64,000 bases of DNA from a virus (IMGVR_UViG_3300022562_001204:142551-206550), one strand, 5' to 3'; shown: positions 35,529 through 44,941, counted from the stretch's first letter. Notes: a model not told the origin generated them from the letters alone. Made by a program: numbers and translations.

Positions 35529-35674
35529 GGTAAATCCTTCTGGTTCTTGATCAAGATACTGCTATTTGGGTACTGCGTGTTGCAAGAGGTTCGAATCGTT
35601 GGGCGCCTTCTGTGATCCTTACTCCTTCACCGTTAGTCTTTCTGATGAAATGTGAGGATGATTGACCAGATCTC

Positions 35675-35715
35675 CTCACGTAGAATATATCCGTCCATAC
35701 TGTTTTTAGAAACGG
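35675..35715 (-). promoter_or_regulatory. Bipartite promoter-like motif upstream of chmA
   Basis: CCGTTTCTAAA-N14-ATATATTCTACGTGAG. Confidence 0.7.
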
Positions 35716-35872
35716 GTAAACCCGATTTTGGGCAGTACGTCGGCGAGCTACCGTCGGTTTCCCGTCGGTAGTGGTTCGCTACAGCATTAGTGATCTGCGT
35801 ATATTTTTTTACCTGGACGGATCTTTGACCCAGGCGCTCAATGGTATGACCCTTTACCCTCGCGGAGTTAGT

Positions 35873-36964
35873 GTGTACTCACTCTTTGAATCGCGTTATC
35901 GCCCCAACACTGGCGTGATCCGTCCCGCTGGGGCGGAGTACGTACGCCGCGTCTACCAGCGGGAAGTGGACAAAGTCATCCACTACCACCAGTCTCGCTT
36001 CTTCTATTTAAAGAATGACCACATCCTGGTCAGACTGATCGTGACGGCCTTCCGAGATGCGGCACATACGCTACCCGCCTACGTCGAGAGTATCCGAGAC
36101 CGCACGGACGCTCTGGCGAAGTCATTTCAGTTCACCAGCCCGGTCAGCCGGGGAAAGATCTGGGATGGAGACTTCTATGGTCCGGGTAGCCAGGAGATCA
36201 TCCTGGCTGTTGATGACGAGTTTGACATCGGAGAGGTTCAGCTGAAGTGGAGGGAGCTCGCCTCCGTCACGGTGCTGACCCACCCTGTCTCGAATCTCCA
36301 GCTACTCCTGCCCGATGGGAGTTCGCAGGGGAATATCGATGGACTCTCCGTCATCTGCGTGAACATCCCCCTGCTCCTGCTGCAATTTCGACTCTGGGTC
36401 GACGAGCAGGAGAAGCTGGGTGAGAGCACCAACCAGGTGGCGGTCTCTGGCTTTGTGAGGAAGTACGTCCTTCCGAACATGATGAAGACGCACACAGACC
36501 TCGCTGCTCTGAACCTGGCGCTCTGTAGCTACTACGAGATCCCCAGAACCCGGCCAGCCCGGTACAACCCCTTCATGGTGGTGGACTACGAGGACAAAGC
36601 CATCGCTATATATAAGGAGACGATGGACCATTTCGAGAACGGAATGAAGCTTTACCTGCCGTTCATGAAGAGTCTCTTCTCGATCTTTGCTGAGGATGCC
36701 CAGGAAGCCCTGCTGATGCCAGACATGGCCAGGACTCGTCAGGTCTGGTGGGCGCTGATCCTGGCCAGGCTCCCCTTCATGCAGTTCTTGATGACCTACG
36801 GCGGGCACGAGGGGGTTCAGTCCAATCGGAGGCTGTGGAACAGTATCAAGATCGATCTGGAGCGTCTCAGAGGTGATCAGGGTTTCTCCACCACACTCCC
36901 CAGGGAGATGCAGACCCGCATCCTGGCTGATGTGGATAGTATCCTCTCTTATATAAAGGAGTAA
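35873..36964 (+). CDS. Conserved phiKZ-like protein, probably virion structural
   Basis: Long ORF; probable GTG start at 35873 with GGAG SD; divergent from chmA. Confidence 0.6.
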   Translation: MYSLFESRYRPNTGVIRPAGAEYVRRVYQREVDKVIHYHQSRFFYLKNDHILVRLIVTAFRDAAHTLPAYVESIRDRTDALAKSFQFTSPVSRGKIWDGDFYGPGSQEIILAVDDEFDIGEVQLKWRELASVTVLTHPVSNLQLLLPDGSSQGNIDGLSVICVNIPLLLLQFRLWVDEQEKLGESTNQVAVSGFVRKYVLPNMMKTHTDLAALNLALCSYYEIPRTRPARYNPFMVVDYEDKAIAIYKETMDHFENGMKLYLPFMKSLFSIFAEDAQEALLMPDMARTRQVWWALILARLPFMQFLMTYGGHEGVQSNRRLWNSIKIDLERLRGDQGFSTTLPREMQTRILADVDSILSYIKE

Positions 36965-36967
36965 ATC

Positions 36968-37804
36968 ATGAGCAGCCCCGGTTCAGCTTTTAACTACGCC
37001 CTGAAACAGATCCGGTTCAACATCCCGCCGCAGATCCTGAATTATGTCTTTGGGAATGAGTTCTACCAGGACTGGCGCCGTGAGGCACCAGCTTCTGTGG
37101 ATGAAATGATCCGAATGAAGGTCATTCGTGATCGCGTGTTCGTGGACTGCGATATCGTGGGTGGCACTCATGCGATCATTTCACTGGACGGTCTGGAGCC
37201 CTATGTCCCGGACAGTTACTCGACGATCTTCGAGATTCCTCAGTCAAGGCTAGGGGATCGAGACATTGTCTCAGCGCTGTCCGTCAACTACATGCCCCAT
37301 TCAGCCGCCATGGGGGCGCTGGGTACGCCGTATGGGTCAGTAAACCCGATCACGGCATCGGACGTCACCAATACCGCTCAGCGGGTGGTCGATAGCTTCG
37401 CTACCGTCCCCCATATCTCTTCGTCAAACGTCGAAGTGATCGCCCACAACACCATCGTGATCCGAGACCGTATGAAAGCGGTCACGGTCTACGAACTGAG
37501 GTGCATCCTTTCGAACGAGTCGGAAATGTCGAACCTCAGTGTCAGAACCTACCCACTACTGGCTGAGGCCTGTGTATTGGCGTGTAAGGCCTATATCTAC
37601 AACACTGCGATCATCCAACTGGGAAGTGGCTACCTGGAGCAGGGTCGTGAGCTAGGGGTCTTCAAGGACACTATCGATAGCTACGCAGATGCCAATGAAC
37701 TGTACGCCACCTTTCGAAGGGAGCGTCTTGCCAAGGGACTCTTCATGAATGACGTCGAGAGCCATGGACGTCTCATTAAGTTGCAAATCAATCCAGGACT
37801 GTGA
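36968..37804 (+). CDS. Conserved phiKZ-like protein, probably virion structural
   Basis: TATATAAAGGAG leader; operon with the previous gene. Confidence 0.6.
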   Translation: MSSPGSAFNYALKQIRFNIPPQILNYVFGNEFYQDWRREAPASVDEMIRMKVIRDRVFVDCDIVGGTHAIISLDGLEPYVPDSYSTIFEIPQSRLGDRDIVSALSVNYMPHSAAMGALGTPYGSVNPITASDVTNTAQRVVDSFATVPHISSSNVEVIAHNTIVIRDRMKAVTVYELRCILSNESEMSNLSVRTYPLLAEACVLACKAYIYNTAIIQLGSGYLEQGRELGVFKDTIDSYADANELYATFRRERLAKGLFMNDVESHGRLIKLQINPGL

Positions 37805-37805
37805 A

Positions 37806-37851
37806 ACAGCATAGAGAGAGCTCCCCTAGGGGAGCTCTCTCTATGTCGTCA
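37806..37851. repeat. Perfect 36-bp palindrome between convergent genes, with conserved flanks
   Basis: CATAGAGAGAGCTCCCCT|AGGGGAGCTCTCTCTATG, flanked by ACAG and TCGTCA. Confidence 0.85.
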
Positions 37852-38244
37852 GAGGATCTCCACCGTGTAGGAGACACCTAGGGCGTTCAGGGCTGCCGCA
37901 ATGTTGGCCATCTCCGTGGAGCTGCTGTTCACCACGGTGTACTGGGCTGAGATGGTCGTCACAGCGGTCACCGTAGTCAGGTCAATCCACGGTTCTGCCA
38001 TCACCGAGGTCTCGCCAGCGCTTGTGGTGAAGATATAGAAGGTCACATTCTCCGGGGAAGACGGGTAACCTGAGGGCAGAGACGGGTAGATGTTGCGGTA
38101 CTTTGCCTTGATGTTCTCGACCTTCATGGCGGTCGAGTAGTCGCAGATTGACTTCAGAACCGCGTTCGTTACCGTAGAGCCCAGGATACCTGGAGCCTGC
38201 GTGCTGAATGAGAAGGTACCGTTGATGGTCAGGGTGTCGGCCAT
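37849..38244 (-). CDS. Hypothetical protein, T/S/A-rich (possibly structural)
   Basis: ORF ending at a palindrome. Confidence 0.7.
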   Translation of the reverse strand: MADTLTINGTFSFSTQAPGILGSTVTNAVLKSICDYSTAMKVENIKAKYRNIYPSLPSGYPSSPENVTFYIFTTSAGETSVMAEPWIDLTTVTAVTTISAQYTVVNSSSTEMANIAAALNALGVSYTVEIL

Positions 38245-38315
38245 GAGAGTCTCAAGAGGGGGTCTAAAGAATACCTAAGGACAAAAAAGAAAGCGAGTGA
38301 GGACACTCACCGTCC

Positions 38316-38828
38316 TTAGACGGTGAGTGTCTCATACACCTTGATGTGGACGTAGTCTTCCATAGCTCGGATAACCGAGTACGTCAGGTTCCTGGGTTCT
38401 GCACAGATTGGTGGTAACCGTTCCACCACCATCATCCCGTAGGCTTTGGTCTGAAGGTCCATATACCGGATGGCTTCGTAGGGCAGGATCTCGTAAATAT
38501 GCTCCAAACCAAACCCATCCAGGATAGGTTGGTTTTGCAGCAGCCTCGGGGGACCTCCCATCGAGGTCCCCAAGTGGTGAAAGACCTGTCTGACCGCGTT
38601 ATCGAACACGATCGCCACGGTATGGTTGGAGACCTCTTGCTTGGACAAGGGACCTTGGTCAGGGGTATCTGAATCCAGGACCCGGAGGATCTGCTGGAGG
38701 TTCCGTCTGAACTGCGTGCCGAATGGGTAGGTATCGATTCCCGTATGAAACAGCAAGTTGGTGACCGAGTCATACGCGACAGCCGGTCCCATCAACGTCT
38801 GAATAGCGTCATCCCTGGCAGTATTCAT
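38316..38828 (-). CDS. Hypothetical protein
   Basis: Operon downstream of phuZ. Confidence 0.7.
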   Translation of the reverse strand: MNTARDDAIQTLMGPAVAYDSVTNLLFHTGIDTYPFGTQFRRNLQQILRVLDSDTPDQGPLSKQEVSNHTVAIVFDNAVRQVFHHLGTSMGGPPRLLQNQPILDGFGLEHIYEILPYEAIRYMDLQTKAYGMMVVERLPPICAEPRNLTYSVIRAMEDYVHIKVYETLTV

Positions 38829-39411
38829 TTTCCCACTCTCCTTCCATTTCGGGTCGGGTCCTCTCGATCTCTGAGTCAGCCATCCCTGCGTCGCAGAACC
38901 TGGGCTTCTTCAGACATACGACGTATCGGTCAATCCATCGATGGAAGACGTAACTCTGAACCGACCCGAACAGAGGAAACCGTCGGGAGATGTACTGATC
39001 GATGCTAAGCATCAGGCTCTCATAGACCAGCTGTAGCTCAAAGGGGTCTAACCGGTCCATCATCCGGTCGAGTCGGACCTCTGTTTCGACAATGATGTCC
39101 GAGATGTACTGGTCGTACCCGTTAGGGTTCCCGGTCTCCTCCATGCTCGTTGAGAGAAAGACCGCTACCAGATCTCTGGCTGGGAACCTGCTGATGAGTT
39201 CACGTAGCGAGGGGTCGGTTTCCAGATGGACGATGAGCTCTCGCATGTCGATGTTGACATACTCGGGGATGTGGTAATACCCGTTGTGATGATGGAAGGG
39301 TTGGCTGTACTCCGTCACCCCCTCCTGCCGAGTCCCCAGAATTGGCTGAATCAAGCCGACGATGGGGTAATACGTCTGATGACTCTGAGCCATCTTCTTC
39401 ATGTGCCCCAT
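38809..39411 (-). CDS. Hypothetical protein
   Basis: Operon downstream of phuZ. Confidence 0.7.
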   Translation of the reverse strand: MGHMKKMAQSHQTYYPIVGLIQPILGTRQEGVTEYSQPFHHHNGYYHIPEYVNIDMRELIVHLETDPSLRELISRFPARDLVAVFLSTSMEETGNPNGYDQYISDIIVETEVRLDRMMDRLDPFELQLVYESLMLSIDQYISRRFPLFGSVQSYVFHRWIDRYVVCLKKPRFCDAGMADSEIERTRPEMEGEWENEYCQG

Positions 39412-39423
39412 AGACCCTCGTGG

Positions 39424-40116
39424 TTAGTAGAAGCCGATGCCTGCCATCTGGCCTTCCTGGCTCTCTTCGTACTCTTCAGTTTTGATGCGGTGCCAGTCAT
39501 AGATCCGAAAGTCAACCATCTTCTTCAGGATGAGGGTGGTATTGCGGACTTCCCAGAAGTACATGTTCCAGGTATCCTCCCCTACGAACATCCGCACCTT
39601 CTCCAGGAGGTCAGAGAATGCGACGTGGTACTCCTCGTCCTGAAACTCCTTGCCATACGAAGGCAGGACGAAGTTGTCTGGGTTGTACTTCCAGGAGTGG
39701 GCGTGTGTGTAAGGACAGAGGCTGTCCAGGTACTCAACAGTCAGTCCAACTGCTAGCAGGCAAGCAGATGCCGGAACATTCGGTGCCGGGTCCATCAGGC
39801 GCCTGAACCGGTTATAGGTGTCCCGGTCCATGACGCAGCTACCTTCCTCATTGAGAATCGGGCCGGCAACCATGGGATCGATCTCCAAACCCTTGCGTTC
39901 CACCACGAGTAGTGTTTTTGCTTGGACGTAGAAATACGACTGGTCAGCTCTGAACTTCGGTGTGATGCTCCCTGGCAAATACAGACCTTCTTCAGATGGC
40001 TGGAGCCCCTGCACCAGTTTCTTTGGAAGTTTCTCCGCGTGGGGCAGGAGTTCGATGACCCCAATGGCTAAGGGTTTCTTCAGCAATTCGCTATGCCGCA
40101 TGACACTCTTGTTCAC
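39424..40116 (-). CDS. Hypothetical protein, probably conserved in phiKZ-like phages
   Basis: Operon downstream of phuZ. Confidence 0.7.
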   Translation of the reverse strand: MNKSVMRHSELLKKPLAIGVIELLPHAEKLPKKLVQGLQPSEEGLYLPGSITPKFRADQSYFYVQAKTLLVVERKGLEIDPMVAGPILNEEGSCVMDRDTYNRFRRLMDPAPNVPASACLLAVGLTVEYLDSLCPYTHAHSWKYNPDNFVLPSYGKEFQDEEYHVAFSDLLEKVRMFVGEDTWNMYFWEVRNTTLILKKMVDFRIYDWHRIKTEEYEESQEGQMAGIGFY

Positions 40117-40127
40117 GTCGCTTCCTT

Positions 40128-40502
40128 TTAGGTATCGTTCCAGACTTGAGCGTACCCGACCATCATCACGTTACCCATGACCAGTAACTGCATGCTACTC
40201 TGGGGTCGAACCTCGTCCAGCAACCTCATTGGTCCAAGGACGTATGAGAGCTGAGCGACCATCCACGACCTGACCTGGTCGTACATGCATCGCGCCATGT
40301 CGTCGTATGGGTGGCCAATCAGAGGTCGTAGGCTGTAATGGATGAACGATTCCTCCACACACCAGCTGTAGACCTCATCCGCTCGTTTCTCAAGACCCAG
40401 GAGTTCGAGGTGTTGTTTGATATCCTCGCCTTCTGAGAAGATCTTGAAGATCCTATCGATCCGAACCAATCTAAACGCTGTGATCGGGCTATGTGCGCTC
40501 AT
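40128..40502 (-). CDS. Hypothetical protein
   Basis: Tiled ORF. Confidence 0.65.
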   Translation of the reverse strand: MSAHSPITAFRLVRIDRIFKIFSEGEDIKQHLELLGLEKRADEVYSWCVEESFIHYSLRPLIGHPYDDMARCMYDQVRSWMVAQLSYVLGPMRLLDEVRPQSSMQLLVMGNVMMVGYAQVWNDT

Positions 40503-40556
40503 AAGTCCCCCTGTTGCACATCATATTAGCATCTTCAGCTGTTTTTCTATGATGCG

Positions 40557-40931
40557 TCAGGTGAAGCTGATCAGCAGGGTGTTGCCGGCGATCATGGTCC
40601 TCACATCGGTCAGTGACCACCAGTTACAGCTAAAGATGAACTCGTGGAAGCTGTTCCTTAATCCCATTTCGATCGCGGGTCCCATTGCCTTGTAGAGGAT
40701 TTCGGCCTCAGGTCCTGGGTGATAGCCAATGATCCTCGTAGCGCCTAGGCGAATGAGGCCTGTCTGGACCAGGCTCAGTAAAGCGAGCTGTGGGTCTTCT
40801 ATCTTGGCCCTTTGAAGCAGGAGCTCCAGCCCTGGGTAGTGGTTGAAGTACGCCACGACTTCTCGGATGTCGTAGAGTAGAAGCTTATACGACTCGACAG
40901 GTTTCAGCATGGTAATGTTTGGCATTGTCAC
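40557..40931 (-). CDS. Hypothetical protein
   Basis: Tiled ORF. Confidence 0.65.
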   Translation of the reverse strand: MTMPNITMLKPVESYKLLLYDIREVVAYFNHYPGLELLLQRAKIEDPQLALLSLVQTGLIRLGATRIIGYHPGPEAEILYKAMGPAIEMGLRNSFHEFIFSCNWWSLTDVRTMIAGNTLLISFT

Positions 40932-40949
40932 TCAAAGGGCAAACACGAA

Positions 40950-40984
40950 CAAAAAAATCACCAGGGGTGTGAGCCCCTGGTGAT
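40950..40984 (-). terminator. Intrinsic terminator after phuZ
   Basis: ATCACCAGGGG...CCCCTGGTGAT-TTTTTTG on the minus strand. Confidence 0.7.
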
Positions 40985-41011
40985 CCAGACCATGTCGCCG
41001 CTGAGAACCTG

Positions 41012-42016
41012 TTACAGCACCAGCCCTTCGTCGTTGTAGTCATCGTCCGAGGACGAGATACCGCGATTGCTCGAGGTGGAGGAGATCTCGCTGTATCGAG
41101 CAAGCGTCGCTTCCAGAGCCTTGATGATCGGCTGGAAGTACCCGCTGAAGGTCACCATGTGCATCTGGTCGTTACCGTTGATGTTCTCCAGCACCGCCGC
41201 GTTGCAGCGGCCGGAGGCATGGTAACCGACCAGCACGTTCAGCTCCTCGGCATCTTCATCGGCCAACAACGAAGCGACCGACACCGGCGTGCAGCGGTCC
41301 GGGGTCTTGATCGGGCCAACGAAGAAATCCAAGGCCGTGAGGCGCGGTTCGAAGTCGGTGACCTTCTGATACTGAAGAAAATTGCGCAGATCAGAGGAGT
41401 CCATGCCGTGGTTCGTACCCGACCAGAAGGCCAGGCTCATGTTGATGTAGCCGGTCATTTCCTTGTCGACCTTGGAACGGGGCTTGGTCACCGAGTTCTC
41501 GAGATACATCATGCAGACCGGCTGCTTTCGGTTTGCCGAGATATTCTCGTAGGACTTCAGGGTCTTGGCGGTGTTGTCCGTTTCGATCTGAGACTTCGTA
41601 CCGCCCACGCAGAACACCAGGACGTTCTTGTCACGGGCCAGTAGCTGGCTGACCAGCAGCGGGCCGATCACCGAACCGGAGCCGCCGGTGGAGGAGTGCA
41701 GCACGATGTTCAGATCACCCGGCGAGAACTGGTGCAGAATGGAATTCATCTTGGAGGAATCCTTGATGACATCGTAATTCTTGCTTTTGCGTTCTTTGCC
41801 GTTTCCGTCGAGGAGCTTCCCTTCATCGTCGAAGATGTAGATGAAGTTGTCCGGGATGTCCTTCCCGACCAGATTCGACTTCGAGGTGTCGATGAAGAAC
41901 GTACGAACCTCGGCCAACCCGCGAACGGGGTCGACGGCCTTGCCGACATACGGCAGGAACGCACTGCCGATGTTGATGCCTGTACCGCCAACAGCGTAGA
42001 TGTTGACAATGCTCAC
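41012..42016 (-). CDS. phuZ: PhuZ phage tubulin
   Basis: IYAVGGTGINIG, FIDTS, HSSTGGSGSVIGP tubulin signature, acidic C-tail DDDYNDEGLVL; GTG start at 42016 with AAGGGA SD. Confidence 0.93.
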   Translation of the reverse strand: MSIVNIYAVGGTGINIGSAFLPYVGKAVDPVRGLAEVRTFFIDTSKSNLVGKDIPDNFIYIFDDEGKLLDGNGKERKSKNYDVIKDSSKMNSILHQFSPGDLNIVLHSSTGGSGSVIGPLLVSQLLARDKNVLVFCVGGTKSQIETDNTAKTLKSYENISANRKQPVCMMYLENSVTKPRSKVDKEMTGYINMSLAFWSGTNHGMDSSDLRNFLQYQKVTDFEPRLTALDFFVGPIKTPDRCTPVSVASLLADEDAEELNVLVGYHASGRCNAAVLENINGNDQMHMVTFSGYFQPIIKALEATLARYSEISSTSSNRGISSSDDDYNDEGLVL

Positions 42017-42065
42017 TTGTTGTTTCCCTTTTGGCGATGAAGAACGTAGAGCCTTTGGTAGGCAT

Positions 42066-42106
42066 CTCACGTACAGTATATAGGTCTGAGGGGGTTTTAA
42101 GAAGGG
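42066..42106 (-). promoter_or_regulatory. Bipartite promoter-like motif upstream of phuZ
   Basis: CCCTTCTTAAA-N14-ATATACTGTACGTGAG. Confidence 0.7.
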
Positions 42107-42142
42107 GTGCTGCTGGAAGACTCTAGCGATTACCCAGTGAGG

Positions 42143-42694
42143 TCAGAGCTTATCCAGTCGCTTCCAGACAAGGTGTTTGGGGACATTACGAGTAACCACT
42201 TCGCCATCCCCATACCGCCGAGTCAGTTGCAGACCAGCATCCGTCTCGACAACCTCAGTGACAAACGAGTGCTCTGAGGCGGGGTTCTGACCCACGACCA
42301 TGCTCAGAACGATGGGGTGGCGATCCTCACAATAGTCCGACAGCTTGAGAACCACGGAGTTCTTATTGGTGGGATCGCCACCAAAGATGGCTTCGACCGT
42401 GTTGAGGCCGAAGTGCTGTGTCAAAACCAGGCTGTATTCGTGACTGGGGTCTGAATTGAGGATTGCCTCGCTCCGAGCATAGATCCCAGAGCCATCGACA
42501 CTCTCAGTCTCGGTGACCAGAAGCCGGTCCTTCGGATCGGTGGGGCAGGTAATCGCCTTGATGGCCCCCCGTGAGGCGTACTCGATGAGGTAGGGCTCCT
42601 CCTTCGGTAGCAGTATCTTGATGTACCCGATATGGGGGCCCAGCGGGTACATCAGGACAACATGTTCGGTCGTTTGTTCGCTGACAAGGATCAT
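42143..42694 (-). CDS. DP-x-x-P-x-S repeat family protein
   Basis: AILNSDPSHEYSLVL, AIFGGDPTNKNSVVL, MVVGQNPASEHSFVT. Confidence 0.7.
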   Translation of the reverse strand: MILVSEQTTEHVVLMYPLGPHIGYIKILLPKEEPYLIEYASRGAIKAITCPTDPKDRLLVTETESVDGSGIYARSEAILNSDPSHEYSLVLTQHFGLNTVEAIFGGDPTNKNSVVLKLSDYCEDRHPIVLSMVVGQNPASEHSFVTEVVETDAGLQLTRRYGDGEVVTRNVPKHLVWKRLDKL

Positions 42695-42709
42695 GGCACT
42701 TCCTTTCTG

Positions 42710-43255
42710 TTAGAGTTTCAGGATCTCGTCTTCTGACAAGGTCCGAATATCGGCTCTCTGGATGACGGCATCCTTACCGACCCCGGTACCGCCAGTGTAT
42801 GTGGTCTGCACGATCAGGTCGTTGAACTCCGTATACGTGCAGTGGTACGACCTGGGGTCGTTCTCATCCTCGCTGTAGACCTGCTTCAGTGGGAGAAACG
42901 CCCCGTTCATCATCACTCGGGTCTGGTGGAGCTGGTAGGACTTCGGATGCTTGGGGTTGTTTGAATGCACGTATGACGTCACGCCGATGATCCGGGTCAT
43001 GAACACGATGAAGCTGTCAGGATGGTCCAGGTTATCGCAGTGAGTCACCTTCAGAAGCTTCGTCTCGCCGTCATCCGTGCTGAGCGACCCGATGGTCACC
43101 GTGAAGACGGGAGTTTCTTCTGAAATGGGTCTGACGTTGCTGATCCGCCCCTCTTCATCGGTGGTGATCTCCATCTGGACGGATGCCGGGAGGGCGACCT
43201 TGACCGTGACTGGCATCCAGGCCAGACGGTAGGTGTTTTCGATGATGCTGCTCAT
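42710..43255 (-). CDS. DP-x-x-P-x-S repeat family protein
   Basis: DNLDHPDSFIV, NNPKHPKSYQL, EDENDPRSYHC. Confidence 0.7.
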   Translation of the reverse strand: MSSIIENTYRLAWMPVTVKVALPASVQMEITTDEEGRISNVRPISEETPVFTVTIGSLSTDDGETKLLKVTHCDNLDHPDSFIVFMTRIIGVTSYVHSNNPKHPKSYQLHQTRVMMNGAFLPLKQVYSEDENDPRSYHCTYTEFNDLIVQTTYTGGTGVGKDAVIQRADIRTLSEDEILKL

Positions 43256-43271
43256 GACACTCCTTTATTAA

Positions 43272-43307
43272 AGCATAGGGAGGGCTTAGGCCCTCCCTAT
43301 GCTGTCA
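43272..43307. terminator. Hairpin with a TATGCTGTCA flank
   Basis: AGCATAGGGAGGGC-ttag-GCCCTCCCTATGCT-GTCA. Confidence 0.75.
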
Positions 43308-43835
43308 GTATTTGAAGAACGACTGAATCGCTGTTACGGTCTTCGGATCAGTGATGACTCGCTCACTTACCTTCTTACTCGCATATTCCCGCCGTTCAAC
43401 GTACCCCTCTCCTTCAGGGGTGTATGTCGACAAGAACCCCAAGTGGTTGTACTCCGTGCCTGTCATGGTCCGTTCAAGGATCAGCTCCGTACCAGGGAGG
43501 TAGGTCGAGATACTGGACTTGTAGACTGTCGGGTTTTGGCCATACACCTTTGAGACGGTATGGGTCTTCGGGTCAAAGGTCAGCACGTAGCTATGCTTTT
43601 TCTTTGGGTCTCCCATGATCATCACTGACAGGACATTCTCGTTAGGCTGTCTAACACGATAGGTTACCCACCCGGTGTCGGAGTGACCCATTTCCTTGAC
43701 ACGCCCCTTCTCATCCGTGAGAAAGTACCAGGAAGCATCCCGTGGGAGTGGAAACTCCAGGTACACCGGAATGTGCCCTATCATGAACTTTGACAGGATG
43801 CTGCTACAGTTTCTGACTGTCTCTCTTGCACCCAT
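43305..43835 (-). CDS. DP-x-x-P-x-S repeat family protein
   Basis: MIMGDPKKKHSYVL, VYGQNPTVYKSSIS. Confidence 0.7.
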   Translation of the reverse strand: MGARETVRNCSSILSKFMIGHIPVYLEFPLPRDASWYFLTDEKGRVKEMGHSDTGWVTYRVRQPNENVLSVMIMGDPKKKHSYVLTFDPKTHTVSKVYGQNPTVYKSSISTYLPGTELILERTMTGTEYNHLGFLSTYTPEGEGYVERREYASKKVSERVITDPKTVTAIQSFFKY

Positions 43836-43840
43836 GCGAC

Positions 43841-44182
43841 TCAGGTCTCGAGCTCAGTCGGGTGAATCAAGGCGCTCTCGCAGACCAGCACCAGCCGGTT
43901 GGGGTCTTTGGAGAACATCAGGGCGATCTCCTGGGTCTCTGGGTAGTACAACACCTCGAAACTCATGGGGTGCAGGGTATCCCCCTCCACGATCACCCGC
44001 TCTAGCCGATGACCCGACCACTCTGTCATGGGCACCACCTGCTTGTAGCGAGGGACCACCAGGAGGATCTGACGATCCCCCAGCAGTGTCGGCACCGTAT
44101 ACGACCCCCGATAGTCCGTGAGGTCCTCCCAGGTGATCATCGGAGCCGCATCAAACAGAGGTAGTTTCGTGAGCGCACCCAT
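43841..44182 (-). CDS. Short member of the DP-x-x-P-x-S repeat family
   Basis: VIVEGDTLHPMSFEV. Confidence 0.55.
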   Translation of the reverse strand: MGALTKLPLFDAAPMITWEDLTDYRGSYTVPTLLGDRQILLVVPRYKQVVPMTEWSGHRLERVIVEGDTLHPMSFEVLYYPETQEIALMFSKDPNRLVLVCESALIHPTELET

Positions 44183-44811
44183 CAGCTCACCTCCTTCTGA
44201 CCCAGCAATCGCTCGAAGTGCTTGGACCAGGCCAGGTATTCATCGTAGCTCTTCAGGTACCAGGTCGACAGCTCCGTGGGGTCGATACGGCCCACGGTCT
44301 TCAGGTATTGCCTGATTCCCTTGATATCTTCCGCATCTTCAACGGTCGAATTGGTCTTCTTGCCGATCCCCGAGGTGGTGATCTGCTCGACATGACCCCG
44401 CCAATCCTGGTAGTACCGAGACTCGTAGGACCGATGACCCTTCTGGTTCCGTCCGTAGATCGTCACCAGGTGCACCCCGGTCTCCTTATCCCGGAACACC
44501 ACGCGAGAGTTGAACCCACGAGGCTGTCGCTCATAGAGCCGATTCACCCCGATCGCCCCATAGGGGTTCTTCACCAGAAAGACGACATACGAGTCATGAT
44601 TGCAGGGGTCCATCCCGTAAGTGACCCACAACACATCGTCAAGCTTGATGATCCCGAAGCTCCGGGGATCTCGAGGATCCCCTCCCACGACACACTGCTG
44701 GATGTTCCCGTTCTCCTCTTTGACCACTCGGACCATCGTGTCATCCGGGATGTCCAAGTTCACCGGGACACGGACGCCATCCAGCTCGTGTACGTTCAGA
44801 TGCTTTCCCAC
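44182..44811 (-). CDS. DP-x-x-P-x-S repeat family protein
   Basis: VVGGDPRDPRSFG, TYGMDPCNHDSYVV, IYGRNQKGHRSYES. Confidence 0.7.
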   Translation of the reverse strand: MGKHLNVHELDGVRVPVNLDIPDDTMVRVVKEENGNIQQCVVGGDPRDPRSFGIIKLDDVLWVTYGMDPCNHDSYVVFLVKNPYGAIGVNRLYERQPRGFNSRVVFRDKETGVHLVTIYGRNQKGHRSYESRYYQDWRGHVEQITTSGIGKKTNSTVEDAEDIKGIRQYLKTVGRIDPTELSTWYLKSYDEYLAWSKHFERLLGQKEVS

Positions 44812-44846
44812 GGTTCTCTCCTTTATAATGAGTCAGCCCCATGCTG

Positions 44847-44886
44847 CTCACTTAGAATATGTCGCACCATGCTACTTTAAGAACGG
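44847..44886 (-). promoter_or_regulatory. Bipartite promoter-like motif upstream of the repeat-protein array
   Basis: CCGTTCTTAAA...CATATTCTAAGTGAG. Confidence 0.65.
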
Positions 44887-44888
44887 AG

Positions 44889-44941
44889 TGACGCCATACC
44901 CCTACAGACCCCTCTAACCAGGGTCTGTAGGGTCTTGTATG
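44889..44941. terminator. Hairpin with a TGACGCCATA flank
   Basis: CCCTACAGACCC...GGGTCTGTAGGG. Confidence 0.6.

Noticed and set aside
34317-35615. 432-aa + strand ORF
   Set aside because: Antisense shadow of the GC3-rich chmA gene; no SD or recognisable motifs.
35560-35620. GGTTCGAATC tRNA T-loop-like motif at 35588
   Set aside because: Flanks do not form a T-stem, and I find no acceptor or anticodon arms.
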